Source: a virus
Length of the DNA: 64,000 nucleotides
Strand: one strand, 5' to 3'
IMG/VR virus record: IMGVR_UViG_3300029555_000004
Shown here: positions 9,907 through 19,488 of the stretch, in pieces
How the letters are laid out: each line of letters begins with the position of its first letter
Position numbering within the stretch: the stretch's first letter is position 1
Notes under the pieces: model-generated
Seen by the model: only the letters and a program-made list of their open reading frames with translations
What the model was told of the DNA's origin: nothing
Database searches by the model: none
Made by a program: the position numbers and the translations under genes

Positions 9907-10413
9907 ATGGATAAACCTGTTCTGGACGCTACATGTGGTTCAAGAATGATTTGGTTCAACAAAAATAATGAATTTGCTGTTTTCGTTGATAAACGCGAAC
10001 TGGATGACGAAGCAATATGGACAAGCGGAGATGGAAAAGTAACAAGGTATTGCAACATCCATCCAGATATTATAGCAGACTTCACATGCCTCCCGTTTGA
10101 AGATAATACATTTTGCCATGTTGTGTTTGACCCACCACATCTTATCCAAGGAGGAGACAATGCCTGGATGGTAAAGAAGTACGGAAAACTCAACAAAGAT
10201 ACATGGAAACAAGTGTTACATGATGGTTTTTCGGAGTGTATGCGTGTGCTTAAACCTTACGGCACATTGATTTTTAAGTGGAATGAGACACAGATTTCTG
10301 TAAAGGACGTTATTGCAGCCATTGGGGCACGACCCTTGTACGGCAATAGATCTGGCAAACAGGGGAAAACACATTGGATGGCATTTATTAAGGTGGAGGG
10401 GAATAATGGATAA
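9907..10413 (+). CDS. SAM-dependent DNA methyltransferase (small, motif I then DPPH)
   Basis: LDATCGSR (motif I) and VVFDPPHL (motif IV). Confidence 0.7.
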   Translation: MDKPVLDATCGSRMIWFNKNNEFAVFVDKRELDDEAIWTSGDGKVTRYCNIHPDIIADFTCLPFEDNTFCHVVFDPPHLIQGGDNAWMVKKYGKLNKDTWKQVLHDGFSECMRVLKPYGTLIFKWNETQISVKDVIAAIGARPLYGNRSGKQGKTHWMAFIKVEGNNG

Positions 10414-10933
10414 TTTAGAAAATGTTTCTATAGAAAGCGAAAGAGAAGCAAAAATTGAAAAAGAAAAAGTAACTGAATTGGATCTGGTTTTTGAGGTTAT
10501 GGGTGAGAAACCATATTATCAAATAAAATATAAGAAGGTTGGAGATAACTTTTACCATACGGGATATGGTTCATACAATTTTGAAGTTGTCCTGGAATAT
10601 AGAGATAAATATTTCGAATTGGTAAAAGAAGAGAAATCCAGCACAAAAGAGAGATACATTATTGATAAGTACACTATTGCGAGAAGCATTCTGTATTATG
10701 GGGAAGAAAAACAGAGTACCGTCTGCATGGAAGAATGTGCCGAGCTTATCCAGGCAATCAGTAAGGCAAAGCGTGGAAAAATCAACCGTGATAACATGAT
10801 AGAAGAAATTGCAGATGTGCTTATCTGTATCGAAATGCTAAAGCAAATGTACATGATTTCAGAAGAAAAAATTAATAAGTGGATTGAAAAGAAACAGGCG
10901 AGAGAAGCAGAAAGGATGAAGAAGAATGAATAA
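10406..10933 (+). CDS. MazG-like nucleotide pyrophosphohydrolase domain protein
   Basis: C-terminal EECAELIQAISK...IEEIADVLICIEML (EExxE...ExxD MazG motifs). Confidence 0.6.
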   Translation: MDNLENVSIESEREAKIEKEKVTELDLVFEVMGEKPYYQIKYKKVGDNFYHTGYGSYNFEVVLEYRDKYFELVKEEKSSTKERYIIDKYTIARSILYYGEEKQSTVCMEECAELIQAISKAKRGKINRDNMIEEIADVLICIEMLKQMYMISEEKINKWIEKKQAREAERMKKNE

Positions 10934-12047
10934 GAAAGAAATCGCAGAGATCAAGAAACAGTTTACACCAGCAAATTGTTCCATTACACGTATTTGTGGT
11001 TGTTATGTAGACGCAGAAAAGAACAAGAAAACCAAAATTAAAGAAGCTTTCCTTTCCCTTCCAGAGGAAGAAATGTTTAAGTATTTTGACATTTTCAAGA
11101 AAACCATGTCTGGCAGACTTGGGAAAAACCTTATGAACCTTGATTTTCCATTAGCACAGGAAAAAGAGGGTGGAACGCAGGAATTTCTTATGCGGATCAG
11201 AGCAAGTAAGCTTAAAGATGATGAGCTTTTGGACGAGTTCTATGACAAAGTAATTGAAAATTACGATTATCACAAAAATTACTACATAGTTCTCATTCAT
11301 GCAGTATATGACATTCCTGGAAAGGCTTCTGATGGAACCGAAATGCACGATGCATCAGAAGAAATTTATGAACACATTCTGTGCAGCATTTGTCCAGTAA
11401 ATCTTTCAAAGGCTGGACTTAGCTATGATGTGGCTGAAAATAACATCAAAGACAGAATTCGTGATTGGGTAGTCTCAAGACCAGAAACAGGATTCTTATT
11501 CCCTGTATTCAATGACAGAAGCACTGATATTCATGGAACATTGTATTTCAACAAAAACATAAAGAATATTCATCCAGACTTCATCGAAAATGTTCTTGGC
11601 ACGCCAATTCCACGTATACCCGGCAATGAGATCAATGTCTTTTCAGATTTTATCATGGACAATTTCGAAGGAAATAAAACATTCAATTTCACGGAAAGCC
11701 TGGTTGAATCATTACAGGAAGTAAGAGAACAGAAGAAAGACAGCCCGGAGATGATAACTGTATCATGTGATGAAATGGAACAGATTTTTGAATATTGCGG
11801 AATTCCAGGAGAAAAGTTATCGGATTTCAAAGAAAACTGGGAAATGTATTTCAGTAATGAGCCTGTTGCTCTTGATAATATCCATAATTCAAAAACTGCA
11901 AAAATTGTGACACCAGATGCAACAATCTGCATCCAGCCGGATAAAATTGCTCTGATTGAATTAAAAGAAATAAACGGTGTTCCATCTCTTGTAATTCCGG
12001 TAAATGGAGAGCTGAAAATCAACGGAATTGAAGTTGAATTAAGATAA
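10926..12047 (+). CDS. DUF4317 family protein
   Basis: MNKKEIAEIKKQFTPANCSITRICGCYVD N-terminus characteristic of DUF4317. Confidence 0.55.
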   Translation: MNKKEIAEIKKQFTPANCSITRICGCYVDAEKNKKTKIKEAFLSLPEEEMFKYFDIFKKTMSGRLGKNLMNLDFPLAQEKEGGTQEFLMRIRASKLKDDELLDEFYDKVIENYDYHKNYYIVLIHAVYDIPGKASDGTEMHDASEEIYEHILCSICPVNLSKAGLSYDVAENNIKDRIRDWVVSRPETGFLFPVFNDRSTDIHGTLYFNKNIKNIHPDFIENVLGTPIPRIPGNEINVFSDFIMDNFEGNKTFNFTESLVESLQEVREQKKDSPEMITVSCDEMEQIFEYCGIPGEKLSDFKENWEMYFSNEPVALDNIHNSKTAKIVTPDATICIQPDKIALIELKEINGVPSLVIPVNGELKINGIEVELR

Positions 12048-12090
12048 AAACTTTTGAAAAAGCTAGGAATTGGAGGAGGCAATTACATTA

Positions 12091-12999
12091 ATGACTAAAG
12101 TAAGCTGGATTAAAATTGAGATTGAAATGTTTAGCAACCGAAAAATTAAGCAAATAAGGAAAATGCCAGAGGGAAACAATATTGTTCTTATTTGGGTAAT
12201 GCTTTTGACAATGGCTGGCAGATGCAATTCAAACGGAATTATTTTCCTCACTGAAAATATTCCATACACAACAAAAATGCTTGCAGATGAATTGGATTTT
12301 GAGGAAAGCATTATTCAATTAGCATTAACAGTTCTGGAAAAGTTCGGTATGATTACCAGAGATTCTGAATTACTTTCTATTCCCGGCTGGGAAGAACATC
12401 AAAGTGCAGACGAGTTGGAGAAAATACGAGATCAAAACAGAAAAAGGGTTGCAGAATATCGTGAACGTCAAAAAAATAAGGCCGCATTGCTTTGCAAGAA
12501 AGATGATGTAACGTTACAGAAACGTTACTGTAACGTTTCTGTAACGGAACAGAATAAGAATAAAGATAAAGATTTAGAATTAGATTTAGATATAGAATTA
12601 GATAAAGATAAAGAAAAAGATATAAATGATTTAATAGTATCTAAAGATACTATTCGTCAGACTGACGTCCAACGAATCATTAATGAATGGAATACTCTGG
12701 AAGAATTCGGTATTACTCCTGTAAAAAGAATGACACCAAAACGAGAACAGGCAGTGAAAGCTAGAATCCGTCAGAACTGTGTTGAAGATATTCTGGAAGC
12801 GATTGAAAATATTCGACGCAGCACATTCCTACAAGGGCAAAATAAAAATGGCTGGATGGTTACGTTTGACTGGTTCTTAAAGCCTGGAAATTTCGCAAAA
12901 GTATTTGAAGGACAATACGTAGACAAGTCTACGAATAGACCGTGCAGCTACATGGAGAAAATTCAAAACAGGGTAAGCGAGGTAGATAATTGGGTATGA
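12091..12999 (+). CDS. phage replisome organizer
   Basis: WIKIEIEMFSNRKIKQIRKMPEGNNIVLIWVMLLTMAG N-terminal replisome-organizer motif; GGAGGAGG RBS. Confidence 0.75.
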   Translation: MTKVSWIKIEIEMFSNRKIKQIRKMPEGNNIVLIWVMLLTMAGRCNSNGIIFLTENIPYTTKMLADELDFEESIIQLALTVLEKFGMITRDSELLSIPGWEEHQSADELEKIRDQNRKRVAEYRERQKNKAALLCKKDDVTLQKRYCNVSVTEQNKNKDKDLELDLDIELDKDKEKDINDLIVSKDTIRQTDVQRIINEWNTLEEFGITPVKRMTPKREQAVKARIRQNCVEDILEAIENIRRSTFLQGQNKNGWMVTFDWFLKPGNFAKVFEGQYVDKSTNRPCSYMEKIQNRVSEVDNWV

Positions 13000-13550
13000 C
13001 AAGGGAAGAATGGGCGGTACTGGTAAAGGCAATGAAAGCTGTGTACACTTCTCCATCATTTCTGCCAGATCAGAATGCTTTTGATACATGGTATGGACTT
13101 TTGAAAGACATAGATTACAAGCTTTTAAGTTTTGGCTTGAAGAAATATATGCAGACTGAATGGAAAGAACCTACAATAGCTGCATTACGGCAATGCGCGC
13201 AGAGCCTTCAGCCACAAAAAGAAGAGCTGAATGAAACGGAAGCATGGGAAAAGGTATGCAAGGCCATTCAAAATTCTACATATAATGCAGAAACAGAGTT
13301 TGATAAACTCCCAAAAATCATCCAGAAAGCAGTATCAAGCCCGGCACAGCTTAGAGAATGGGCGGTATCTGAAAATGTGGATGGTACATGGTGGAGTGTA
13401 GTTCAGTCCAACTTTCAAAGGACTTACCGGGCAGAAGTACAGAGAGAACAAGAACGAAGAAAACTAAGCCCAGACCTTTTAAAAATTATAGATTCTGCCA
13501 GATTGGGAGGTGTGGAAAAATGCCAGATAGAAAACCATGGAGAGAATTAA
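12996..13550 (+). CDS. putative helicase-loader-like replication protein (G39P-like)
   Basis: Position right after the replisome organizer; ATGA overlap; weak pattern similarity only. Confidence 0.35.
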   Translation: MTREEWAVLVKAMKAVYTSPSFLPDQNAFDTWYGLLKDIDYKLLSFGLKKYMQTEWKEPTIAALRQCAQSLQPQKEELNETEAWEKVCKAIQNSTYNAETEFDKLPKIIQKAVSSPAQLREWAVSENVDGTWWSVVQSNFQRTYRAEVQREQERRKLSPDLLKIIDSARLGGVEKCQIENHGEN

Positions 13551-13762
13551 AAAGCACTGAAATTATAGGCCTAAAGCGGAGACAATGCTCGAAATGCGAC
13601 TATTACAGCAAGAGTGAAAATGCATGGAGTACAAATGCAACCTGTGATTATATCTTGATTGAAGAACATAGCAGAGGATGTGATCCGAGGGATTGTGTTA
13701 AAAATGGTATCTTCAAAAAGAAAGCGAGAGGAAATTCAAGAGTAAAGCGAGTGATTCTATGA
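13520..13762 (+). CDS. hypothetical Cys-rich protein
   Basis: ATG 13520 inside ORF 13388..13762. Confidence 0.45.
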   Translation: MPDRKPWRELKSTEIIGLKRRQCSKCDYYSKSENAWSTNATCDYILIEEHSRGCDPRDCVKNGIFKKKARGNSRVKRVIL

Positions 13763-13971
13763 GGAAGATAAGCGAAATGTATAAGCGGTCTGGTGGTACA
13801 GCTTATCAGCATACCTGTTCAGATTGCAGATTCTTCCGCGGAGGCAAGCATCCGCAGTGTTTGCAATACGAACTGGAAATTGACTGGAAACCAGATTATA
13901 TAGCTTGCAAATTTTACAATCTGGAAGAATCTCAGATTGATGGACAGGTCAATATCTTTGATTTGTTGTAA
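13759..13971 (+). CDS. hypothetical Cys-rich protein
   Basis: ORF track; 4-nt overlap. Confidence 0.55.
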   Translation: MRKISEMYKRSGGTAYQHTCSDCRFFRGGKHPQCLQYELEIDWKPDYIACKFYNLEESQIDGQVNIFDLL

Positions 13972-14022
13972 AATGTGATAATTGTGTACTTAAAATAGCG
14001 AAGAATCGCTCAAAAGAGAATA

Positions 14023-14208
14023 ATGGTAGAAATTATAGGGCATACAAAAGATAAAGAAAAACAGCGTTTAAAACGAGATAATTATATGGAGGGACAATTA
14101 ATGGAAAAAGCTATATTGTATGCCATAAACGAAAGAATGTTCTCACTTGGCCTGATAGATGAGAAAACAAGAGATAAAATTAAAGCTGAAATCAGCATTA
14201 GAAAATAA
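14023..14208 (+). CDS. hypothetical protein
   Basis: ORF track; weak RBS. Confidence 0.4.
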   Translation: MVEIIGHTKDKEKQRLKRDNYMEGQLMEKAILYAINERMFSLGLIDEKTRDKIKAEISIRK

Positions 14209-14232
14209 CAAAAATGTATTGAGTGGATTTAT

Positions 14233-16002
14233 ATGAGGTGTTATACTTTATGTGATTCCACTCCCTGTTTATTGAGGGAGAAATGCACTATGAATATTTA
14301 TTATGTCAGAGAAAAATTAAGAAGTTGCTCTATTTACGACATTGAACTAAATGTTGCTTATTATGCCAGGGTTTCAACGGAAAAACTTGAGCAGCAAGCA
14401 TCCATCAAGCATCAGGAAGAACATTTTGAAGAACTGATACATTCTAACAACAGATGGAAGTTTGCAGGTTCTTACATTGATGATGGTATTTCTGGTATGC
14501 ACGCAGATAAAAGAGAAGAATTTCAAAGAATGCTTAAAGATGCAAAACTTGGAAAAATTGATATGATTATCACAAAAGAAATTTCAAGATTTGCGAGAAA
14601 CACTCTTGATAGCATCCAATATACCAGAGAATTGTTGTCTTATGGCGTATGCGTTTGGTTCCAAAACGATGGAATTAATACCATTGATGATGATAGTGAG
14701 TTCCGACTTACTATTATGGCCGGGGTAGCACAGGACGAAATCCGAAAACTTTCTTCAAGAGTAAAATTCGGACACGCACAGTCAATTAAAAACGGTGTCG
14801 TGCTTGGACACAGAATGTATGGATACTCAAATAATCAAGGGAAGCTCGAACTAATCCCGGAAGAAGCAGATATGGTTCGAATGATTTTTCAAGACTATGC
14901 TTCTGGAATATCTACGCCAAGAATCGAAAAGAAGCTATGGAATATGGGATACAGAAATTTCAAAGGTGGTAAAATCAACCGGGATGTTATAAAAAACATT
15001 ATTCGGAATCCAAAATACAAAGGATACTATTGCGGAGGAAAAGTCAAGGTTATTGATATGTTTACCAAGAAACAAGAATTTCTTCCGCAGCCAGAATGGG
15101 TAATGTTTAAAGATGATGGTTCCAGAGTTCCACAGATCATTGATGAGAATACTTGGGAAAAAGCAAACGCATATTTAAGAGAGCGTGGAGAAGCTATAAA
15201 ATCAAGAAGAACCTCTTTTAAGAATGAAAATATTTTCACTGGGAAGCTCTTCTGTGCAAATGACGGGGCGCCATACTGGATGAAGCAACATTACATTCGA
15301 GGAAAAGAAGATGTTCGATGGGTATGCAGCTACAAGATAAAAAACGGAGCCGCTTCATGCAATTCATTTGGACTGGCAGAATCAGAACTGAAAGAAGTAA
15401 TCGCAGAATTAATAAATAAATCTTCTGAAAACATTGATAGCATTTTGGAGGAATATTTTGAAATTTTGCAGTCCTCGATCAAAAACATTCCAGACAATAA
15501 AAACGAAATCTCACGACTTGAAAAACAGATTGATCTGTTAAAACAAAAACGTGAAAAAATACTGGAATATAATCTGGATGGAAAAATATCTGATGATGAA
15601 TTTATTTCAAGAAATAAAGAATACATGAAGCAGATAAAGCAGATTGAGAGCCATATTCTAGAAATACAAAATACCAAAAGTCCAGAGCCAGTAGAAATAC
15701 AATTAAGTGCTATTAAAGAACAGTTAGAAAAGTTTAAGGGTGTTACTCCAAAAGACATTAACAGGCAGATTGTCAATGAACTTTTTGAAAAAATTACCGT
15801 GGAACCGTTGGCGGCTACATGTGCAACACTAACATTTCAATTGAGGTCTGGAAACCTTGAAAAATGGGGATTTCCTTTGCGTTGTTCTGACGATATGATT
15901 TTAACTCTACATTCAGAACAACACAAGATATTTAGTAGGAAAACTTGCATTAAGACACAAGATATGGTATTTTTCAAATATAAGTACCTTTTAGCACTAT
16001 AA
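14233..16002 (+). CDS. large serine recombinase (integrase-type)
   Basis: YYARVSTEKLEQQ catalytic-Ser region, resolvase domain, recombinase and zinc-ribbon/coiled-coil C-terminal extension; start 14233 or 14290. Confidence 0.9.
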   Translation: MRCYTLCDSTPCLLREKCTMNIYYVREKLRSCSIYDIELNVAYYARVSTEKLEQQASIKHQEEHFEELIHSNNRWKFAGSYIDDGISGMHADKREEFQRMLKDAKLGKIDMIITKEISRFARNTLDSIQYTRELLSYGVCVWFQNDGINTIDDDSEFRLTIMAGVAQDEIRKLSSRVKFGHAQSIKNGVVLGHRMYGYSNNQGKLELIPEEADMVRMIFQDYASGISTPRIEKKLWNMGYRNFKGGKINRDVIKNIIRNPKYKGYYCGGKVKVIDMFTKKQEFLPQPEWVMFKDDGSRVPQIIDENTWEKANAYLRERGEAIKSRRTSFKNENIFTGKLFCANDGAPYWMKQHYIRGKEDVRWVCSYKIKNGAASCNSFGLAESELKEVIAELINKSSENIDSILEEYFEILQSSIKNIPDNKNEISRLEKQIDLLKQKREKILEYNLDGKISDDEFISRNKEYMKQIKQIESHILEIQNTKSPEPVEIQLSAIKEQLEKFKGVTPKDINRQIVNELFEKITVEPLAATCATLTFQLRSGNLEKWGFPLRCSDDMILTLHSEQHKIFSRKTCIKTQDMVFFKYKYLLAL

Positions 16003-16010
16003 GAGAAAAA

Positions 16011-16691
16011 ATGGGAGTGGAATCAATGATACATACAGCTTATGACGTAATGAAAGAGTTTTTAATCACGGATGCAGAGCTTGTTGGACAGTACGGAATC
16101 CCTAAAATTCCAAAGACTTTTATCCATCCAGGGAAAAATACTGTAGATTTTGCGGAGAGCTTTAGCCGAAAAATTAAGAACCACCGGGAACTAGACGTAA
16201 ATTTCTATGTGGACGATGTACAGTTTCAAAGATTGTGGAATCAGCCAGACAAGTACATGGAGCATTTGAAATGTTTTCATGCAGTCATTATGCCAGATTT
16301 CAGCATATCGGTCGGCAAGAATGGAATGCCGTTGGCTATGTGCATGTGGAATAAATACCGCAATCATGCGTTGGCACATTATATGATCTTGAATGATATT
16401 CCAGTAATTCCAAACGTAAGCATATTACCGGAATACTGCTGGGACTGGTGCTTTGATGGACTGCCAGATGGAAGCACAGTTGCCTGTTGCACCAATGGAA
16501 GAGTAAAGAGCAAGGCAGCACGGTTGGAATTTTGCGTTGGTTTCAAGGAGATGGAACGGAGATTGAAACCGCTTCGAGTTATCATTATTGGAAGAATCCC
16601 GGAAGAACTGGAAACAGACACAGAAATTATAAACTTTGAAACCAGGAATCAGAAGATTAATAAGGAGGGCGTGAATGGGAACAACGACTGA
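16011..16691 (+). CDS. DUF4417 domain protein
   Basis: FYVDDVQFQRLWNQPDKY...PDFS...MPLAMCMWNKYRN...IPVIPNV matches the DUF4417 pattern. Confidence 0.7.
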   Translation: MGVESMIHTAYDVMKEFLITDAELVGQYGIPKIPKTFIHPGKNTVDFAESFSRKIKNHRELDVNFYVDDVQFQRLWNQPDKYMEHLKCFHAVIMPDFSISVGKNGMPLAMCMWNKYRNHALAHYMILNDIPVIPNVSILPEYCWDWCFDGLPDGSTVACCTNGRVKSKAARLEFCVGFKEMERRLKPLRVIIIGRIPEELETDTEIINFETRNQKINKEGVNGNND

Positions 16692-16809
16692 CAATTACCA
16701 GAGAAAGAAAAAACTTTCAAAGTCCCAAACGAAGAGGACGGAACGTTTAGAGAAATCATCTCACAGAAGATATGGAACACGGAAGAAAGAAGGATTAAAT
16801 AAATTGTGA
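16675..16809 (+). CDS. hypothetical small basic protein (44 aa)
   Basis: Read by eye; AAGGAGGG RBS 5 nt upstream; Lys/Arg-rich. Confidence 0.3.
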   Translation: MGTTTDNYQRKKKLSKSQTKRTERLEKSSHRRYGTRKKEGLNKL

Positions 16810-16866
16810 ATTTTGAATCATTCAGCACTTTACGCTATAGAAATATTTGTGCAAAATTAAAATTTA

Positions 16867-16913
16867 AGTGGTAATTAGAAAATGTGAGAATTTTTCTGGT
16901 TGCCACTTTTTTT
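16867..16913 (+). terminator. intrinsic terminator closing the early + strand array
   Basis: AGTGGTAATTAGAAAA / TTTTCTGGTTGCCACT stem (16 bp incl. GU), 9-nt loop, then a T7 run. Confidence 0.7.
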
Positions 16914-17082
16914 ATGAATTTCCTTGATTTTCGGTTCCCAAAATGATGTTGAAATTTAGGAATCATCCAAAAGTTAGTTGCAACTATTGAAACCTTGAGC
17001 AGTTGCGACTTTTCCGCTTACAAAAGCCAACCAGGGACAGCACCGAGAGCCGATACCACGCCGAACCGATGAAGCCGGGACG

Positions 17083-17137
17083 CTGCCAGGAATGATTGAA
17101 CGTCAACAAAGCCGACCGCCGGCCGTATCCCTGGCAG
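17083..17137. other. candidate recombination (attP-like) site
   Basis: CTGCCAGG (17083-90) and CCTGGCAG (17130-37) form an 8-bp inverted repeat spanning 55 bp; a third copy CCAGGGA lies at 17031-37. Confidence 0.25.
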
Positions 17138-17335
17138 ATCAGAACCAACCGCCCACAGATAATAGATCATAACATCAAATGGCATATAATGCAGTAATAA
17201 AAATACAATAATACTCTTGCAAAATAAGCCTTAAATATCTTGTAACGTATTTATCCTATATTTTATTGACTACGATTATAAAACGCCTTAAAAAGGCAAA
17301 TACGGCGTTATACAAGCATATCACGATATAGTTGT

Positions 17336-17492
17336 ATAGCCCTAATTGATATATAGCCCGGTCAACTGAGACAGATCACCGGGAAGCCCGGACAAGCTAC
17401 GCACATAAGCGGACAAAATGCACCAATTTACACGGTACGCAAATAAAGCATAGCCGAACATAGCTATACAAGGCTATTATACACTCATAGCC
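17336..17492. repeat. ATAGCC/ATAGCT hexamer cluster (6 copies, one inverted)
   Basis: Copies at 17336, 17353, 17450, 17460, 17472 (rc) and 17487 in noncoding DNA. Confidence 0.5.
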
Positions 17493-17747
17493 GCAGACAG
17501 TCAATAAACCATGCAAGACGCTAAAAAGCGTTTTAAAGGCTCTCAAGCTGGTAAAAAGACAAATGCTGCATAAATACCAATTAACAGAATAAAAAACGAT
17601 TTACGGATAAAATAGCTCGTTAATTGATTGACTTATTATATTAACTTTGCAAGGTGTATCTGGCAGAATGCCAAAAAACCGCTTGCACGCCGTGAACGTG
17701 CCGCCGGTCTGGAAACCGGGAAGCGGTAAAAAATCAATCAGTTATAC

Positions 17748-17882
17748 CTAAATATTCCATAGTTTTTTATCAATCTCTTTCCCAGTAATAGTCGGGGAAT
17801 AAATACTTTCTAAAAATTCTATGTAATTGTCTAGCTCATCAACAGAAAGTGTTATTAATTTATTAAATATTTTATCACTCAT
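17748..17882 (-). CDS. hypothetical small protein (44 aa)
   Basis: Read by eye on the minus strand (MSDKIFNKLITLSVDELDNY...); weak RBS. Confidence 0.25.
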   Translation of the reverse strand: MSDKIFNKLITLSVDELDNYIEFLESIYSPTITGKEIDKKLWNI

Positions 17883-17938
17883 GTTTTTATCTTTCTTCCC
17901 TTCACCCTGGGCGCCAGGATATAAAAAGACGCGCCCTA

Positions 17939-18316
17939 TTATTTAAAAGTCATTTTTGTAACAGCTGGAAGACTGCGGAAAAATTCCCGGCGGTCGTAAT
18001 CATCTTTAATATTAAATTGTCTGTCGCTTGTGGGGATGATCTCATCCTCGATAAGCTCCATACAGGACAGTTGTAAGCAGTTCTCTTTTTTCGTTGATCT
18101 GTGCAGTGCATACCGCATTATAGACTTTTTACCATCCCGGCGCTTTACCGAGGGCATATCCCAGTAAGCTAATTTAATAACGCCGCCAGCAACAGACACA
18201 AAAATTTCTATTGCTTCTTTTCTGGCTTTTTCTTCGATTATATCAACTGTGGAAAAGTCGCCGCTTTTTATGGCGGCGATTGTCTGCGCTTGAGTAGCTT
18301 TTTTAATTGTTATCAT
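17939..18316 (-). CDS. hypothetical protein
   Basis: ORF track; start at MITIKK with GGAGGG RBS. Confidence 0.55.
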   Translation of the reverse strand: MITIKKATQAQTIAAIKSGDFSTVDIIEEKARKEAIEIFVSVAGGVIKLAYWDMPSVKRRDGKKSIMRYALHRSTKKENCLQLSCMELIEDEIIPTSDRQFNIKDDYDRREFFRSLPAVTKMTFK

Positions 18317-18337
18317 TTTACAACCCTCCAATATTTA

Positions 18338-18363
18338 GAAAAAACAGGCGGGAAACCCCGCCC
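18338..18363 (-). terminator. hairpin + T-run (minus strand)
   Basis: GGCGGG-AAAC-CCCGCC stem-loop followed on the minus strand by T6. Confidence 0.7.
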
Positions 18364-18364
18364 T

Positions 18365-18733
18365 TTAAAAATGAACTTGTAAAAGTGTTTTCTTGCCTTC
18401 TGAAATTTTTTCTCTTAGTGGCTTATCATCATCCTTGATAAATAACATAAAATCATTAAGCGGCAAGTGATCTAATATATAACTATATTGCTTAATATCT
18501 GGCAGAGTAGAAAAATAGTTTTCCCATTTCTGGCGCTGATCTTCTGCCGCGCTTTCAATTTTTTTCTTGCTTTCTTCTGGGATATAATCGCCCAAAACAT
18601 AATATTGAACGTTTCCAGTTTCGGAAATATGGGCGATATATTTATAATCGCCGTGCTCAGTAACAGCAGAATTAAACACGGAAATTCCGTTACCGAGACA
18701 ACACATAAATAATTCAAATTTTTTTGCTTTCAT
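18365..18733 (-). CDS. hypothetical protein
   Basis: ORF track; AGGAGG RBS. Confidence 0.6.
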   Translation of the reverse strand: MKAKKFELFMCCLGNGISVFNSAVTEHGDYKYIAHISETGNVQYYVLGDYIPEESKKKIESAAEDQRQKWENYFSTLPDIKQYSYILDHLPLNDFMLFIKDDDKPLREKISEGKKTLLQVHF

Positions 18734-18751
18734 GTTTAAGCCTCCTTTGCT

Positions 18752-18779
18752 TAAAAACTGGCGGCATTAAAACCGCCAG
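18752..18779 (-). terminator. hairpin + T-run (minus strand)
   Basis: CTGGCGG / CCGCCAG 7-bp stem, 8-nt loop, T5 on the minus strand. Confidence 0.65.
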
Positions 18780-18786
18780 TCGAAAT

Positions 18787-19152
18787 TTAATTACATTTGA
18801 AACAAGAACGAATACAAGCGGCGGCTTGTGCAAGTGCCCTTGCTTGAACGTCTAACCATTCTTCACGGCTGTTTGGCTTAAGTTCTCCGTATTTTTTTCT
18901 TTTAAGCTCTGAAGGAGAGCAAAGAAGCTCTGCAATGTCACAATCATAGATGAGAGCACAGCCACCCCAGCTATATTGATTCCAGTTTTCTGCACCATTT
19001 AATAACAGTGCTTTCAATTCTTCCCAAGTTTCCGGTAGTTCGTCAATTTCTAAACCGTCCACTAAGTCTACAGCGTAATTCTTAACGCCTTTTTTCCATG
19101 CTGAATTTGCCTTTACATTCTCGATTTTCTCCATAAGTTCTTTTTTCATCAT
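18787..19152 (-). CDS. hypothetical protein
   Basis: ORF track; my impression, not verifiable here, is that the motif NGAENWNQYSWGGCALIYDCDIAELLCSPSELKR is seen in Firmicutes conjugative elements. Confidence 0.6.
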   Translation of the reverse strand: MMKKELMEKIENVKANSAWKKGVKNYAVDLVDGLEIDELPETWEELKALLLNGAENWNQYSWGGCALIYDCDIAELLCSPSELKRKKYGELKPNSREEWLDVQARALAQAAACIRSCFKCN

Positions 19153-19366
19153 TGCTTTTTACCTTCGCCCCTGTTATAATGGGGTTGCCTTTCTTTTTTA
19201 GTTTGGTGCTGGCTGTTTGTCTTGGTAGGATGCAGCCAGCTTTTTTATTTTGTTTAGGAACTAGAATTTTTCAATTAATCGGATTCGGTTCCTTATGTCC
19301 TCATTGGCTTGAGTGGTTCGGGCGGTTCCGGTTGTTTGTCTCTTGTGTTCCTTTGTTGATGGTTAT

Positions 19367-19395
19367 ATAATATCACTAATTTTAGGGAAAGTCAA
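19367..19395 (-). promoter_or_regulatory. sigma-A-type promoter for the minus-strand cluster
   Basis: Minus strand TTGACT-N17-TATTAT with TG extended -10. Confidence 0.6.
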
Positions 19396-19403
19396 TACAT
19401 AAA

Positions 19404-19419
19404 TCACAAAAATAAGTGA
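19404..19419. promoter_or_regulatory. operator O1 TCACAAAAATAAGTGA
   Basis: 16-bp site with palindromic TCAC/GTGA ends between the divergent -35 boxes; three copies in the locus. Confidence 0.6.
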
Positions 19420-19428
19420 AAATTTTTC

Positions 19429-19457
19429 TTGACATTTAGATCGCAAAAAGTTACATT
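19429..19457 (+). promoter_or_regulatory. promoter of the HTH gene
   Basis: TTGACA-N17-TACATT. Confidence 0.5.
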
Positions 19458-19488
19458 ATATATAGAAATAAAACAGGAGGAAAGAAAA

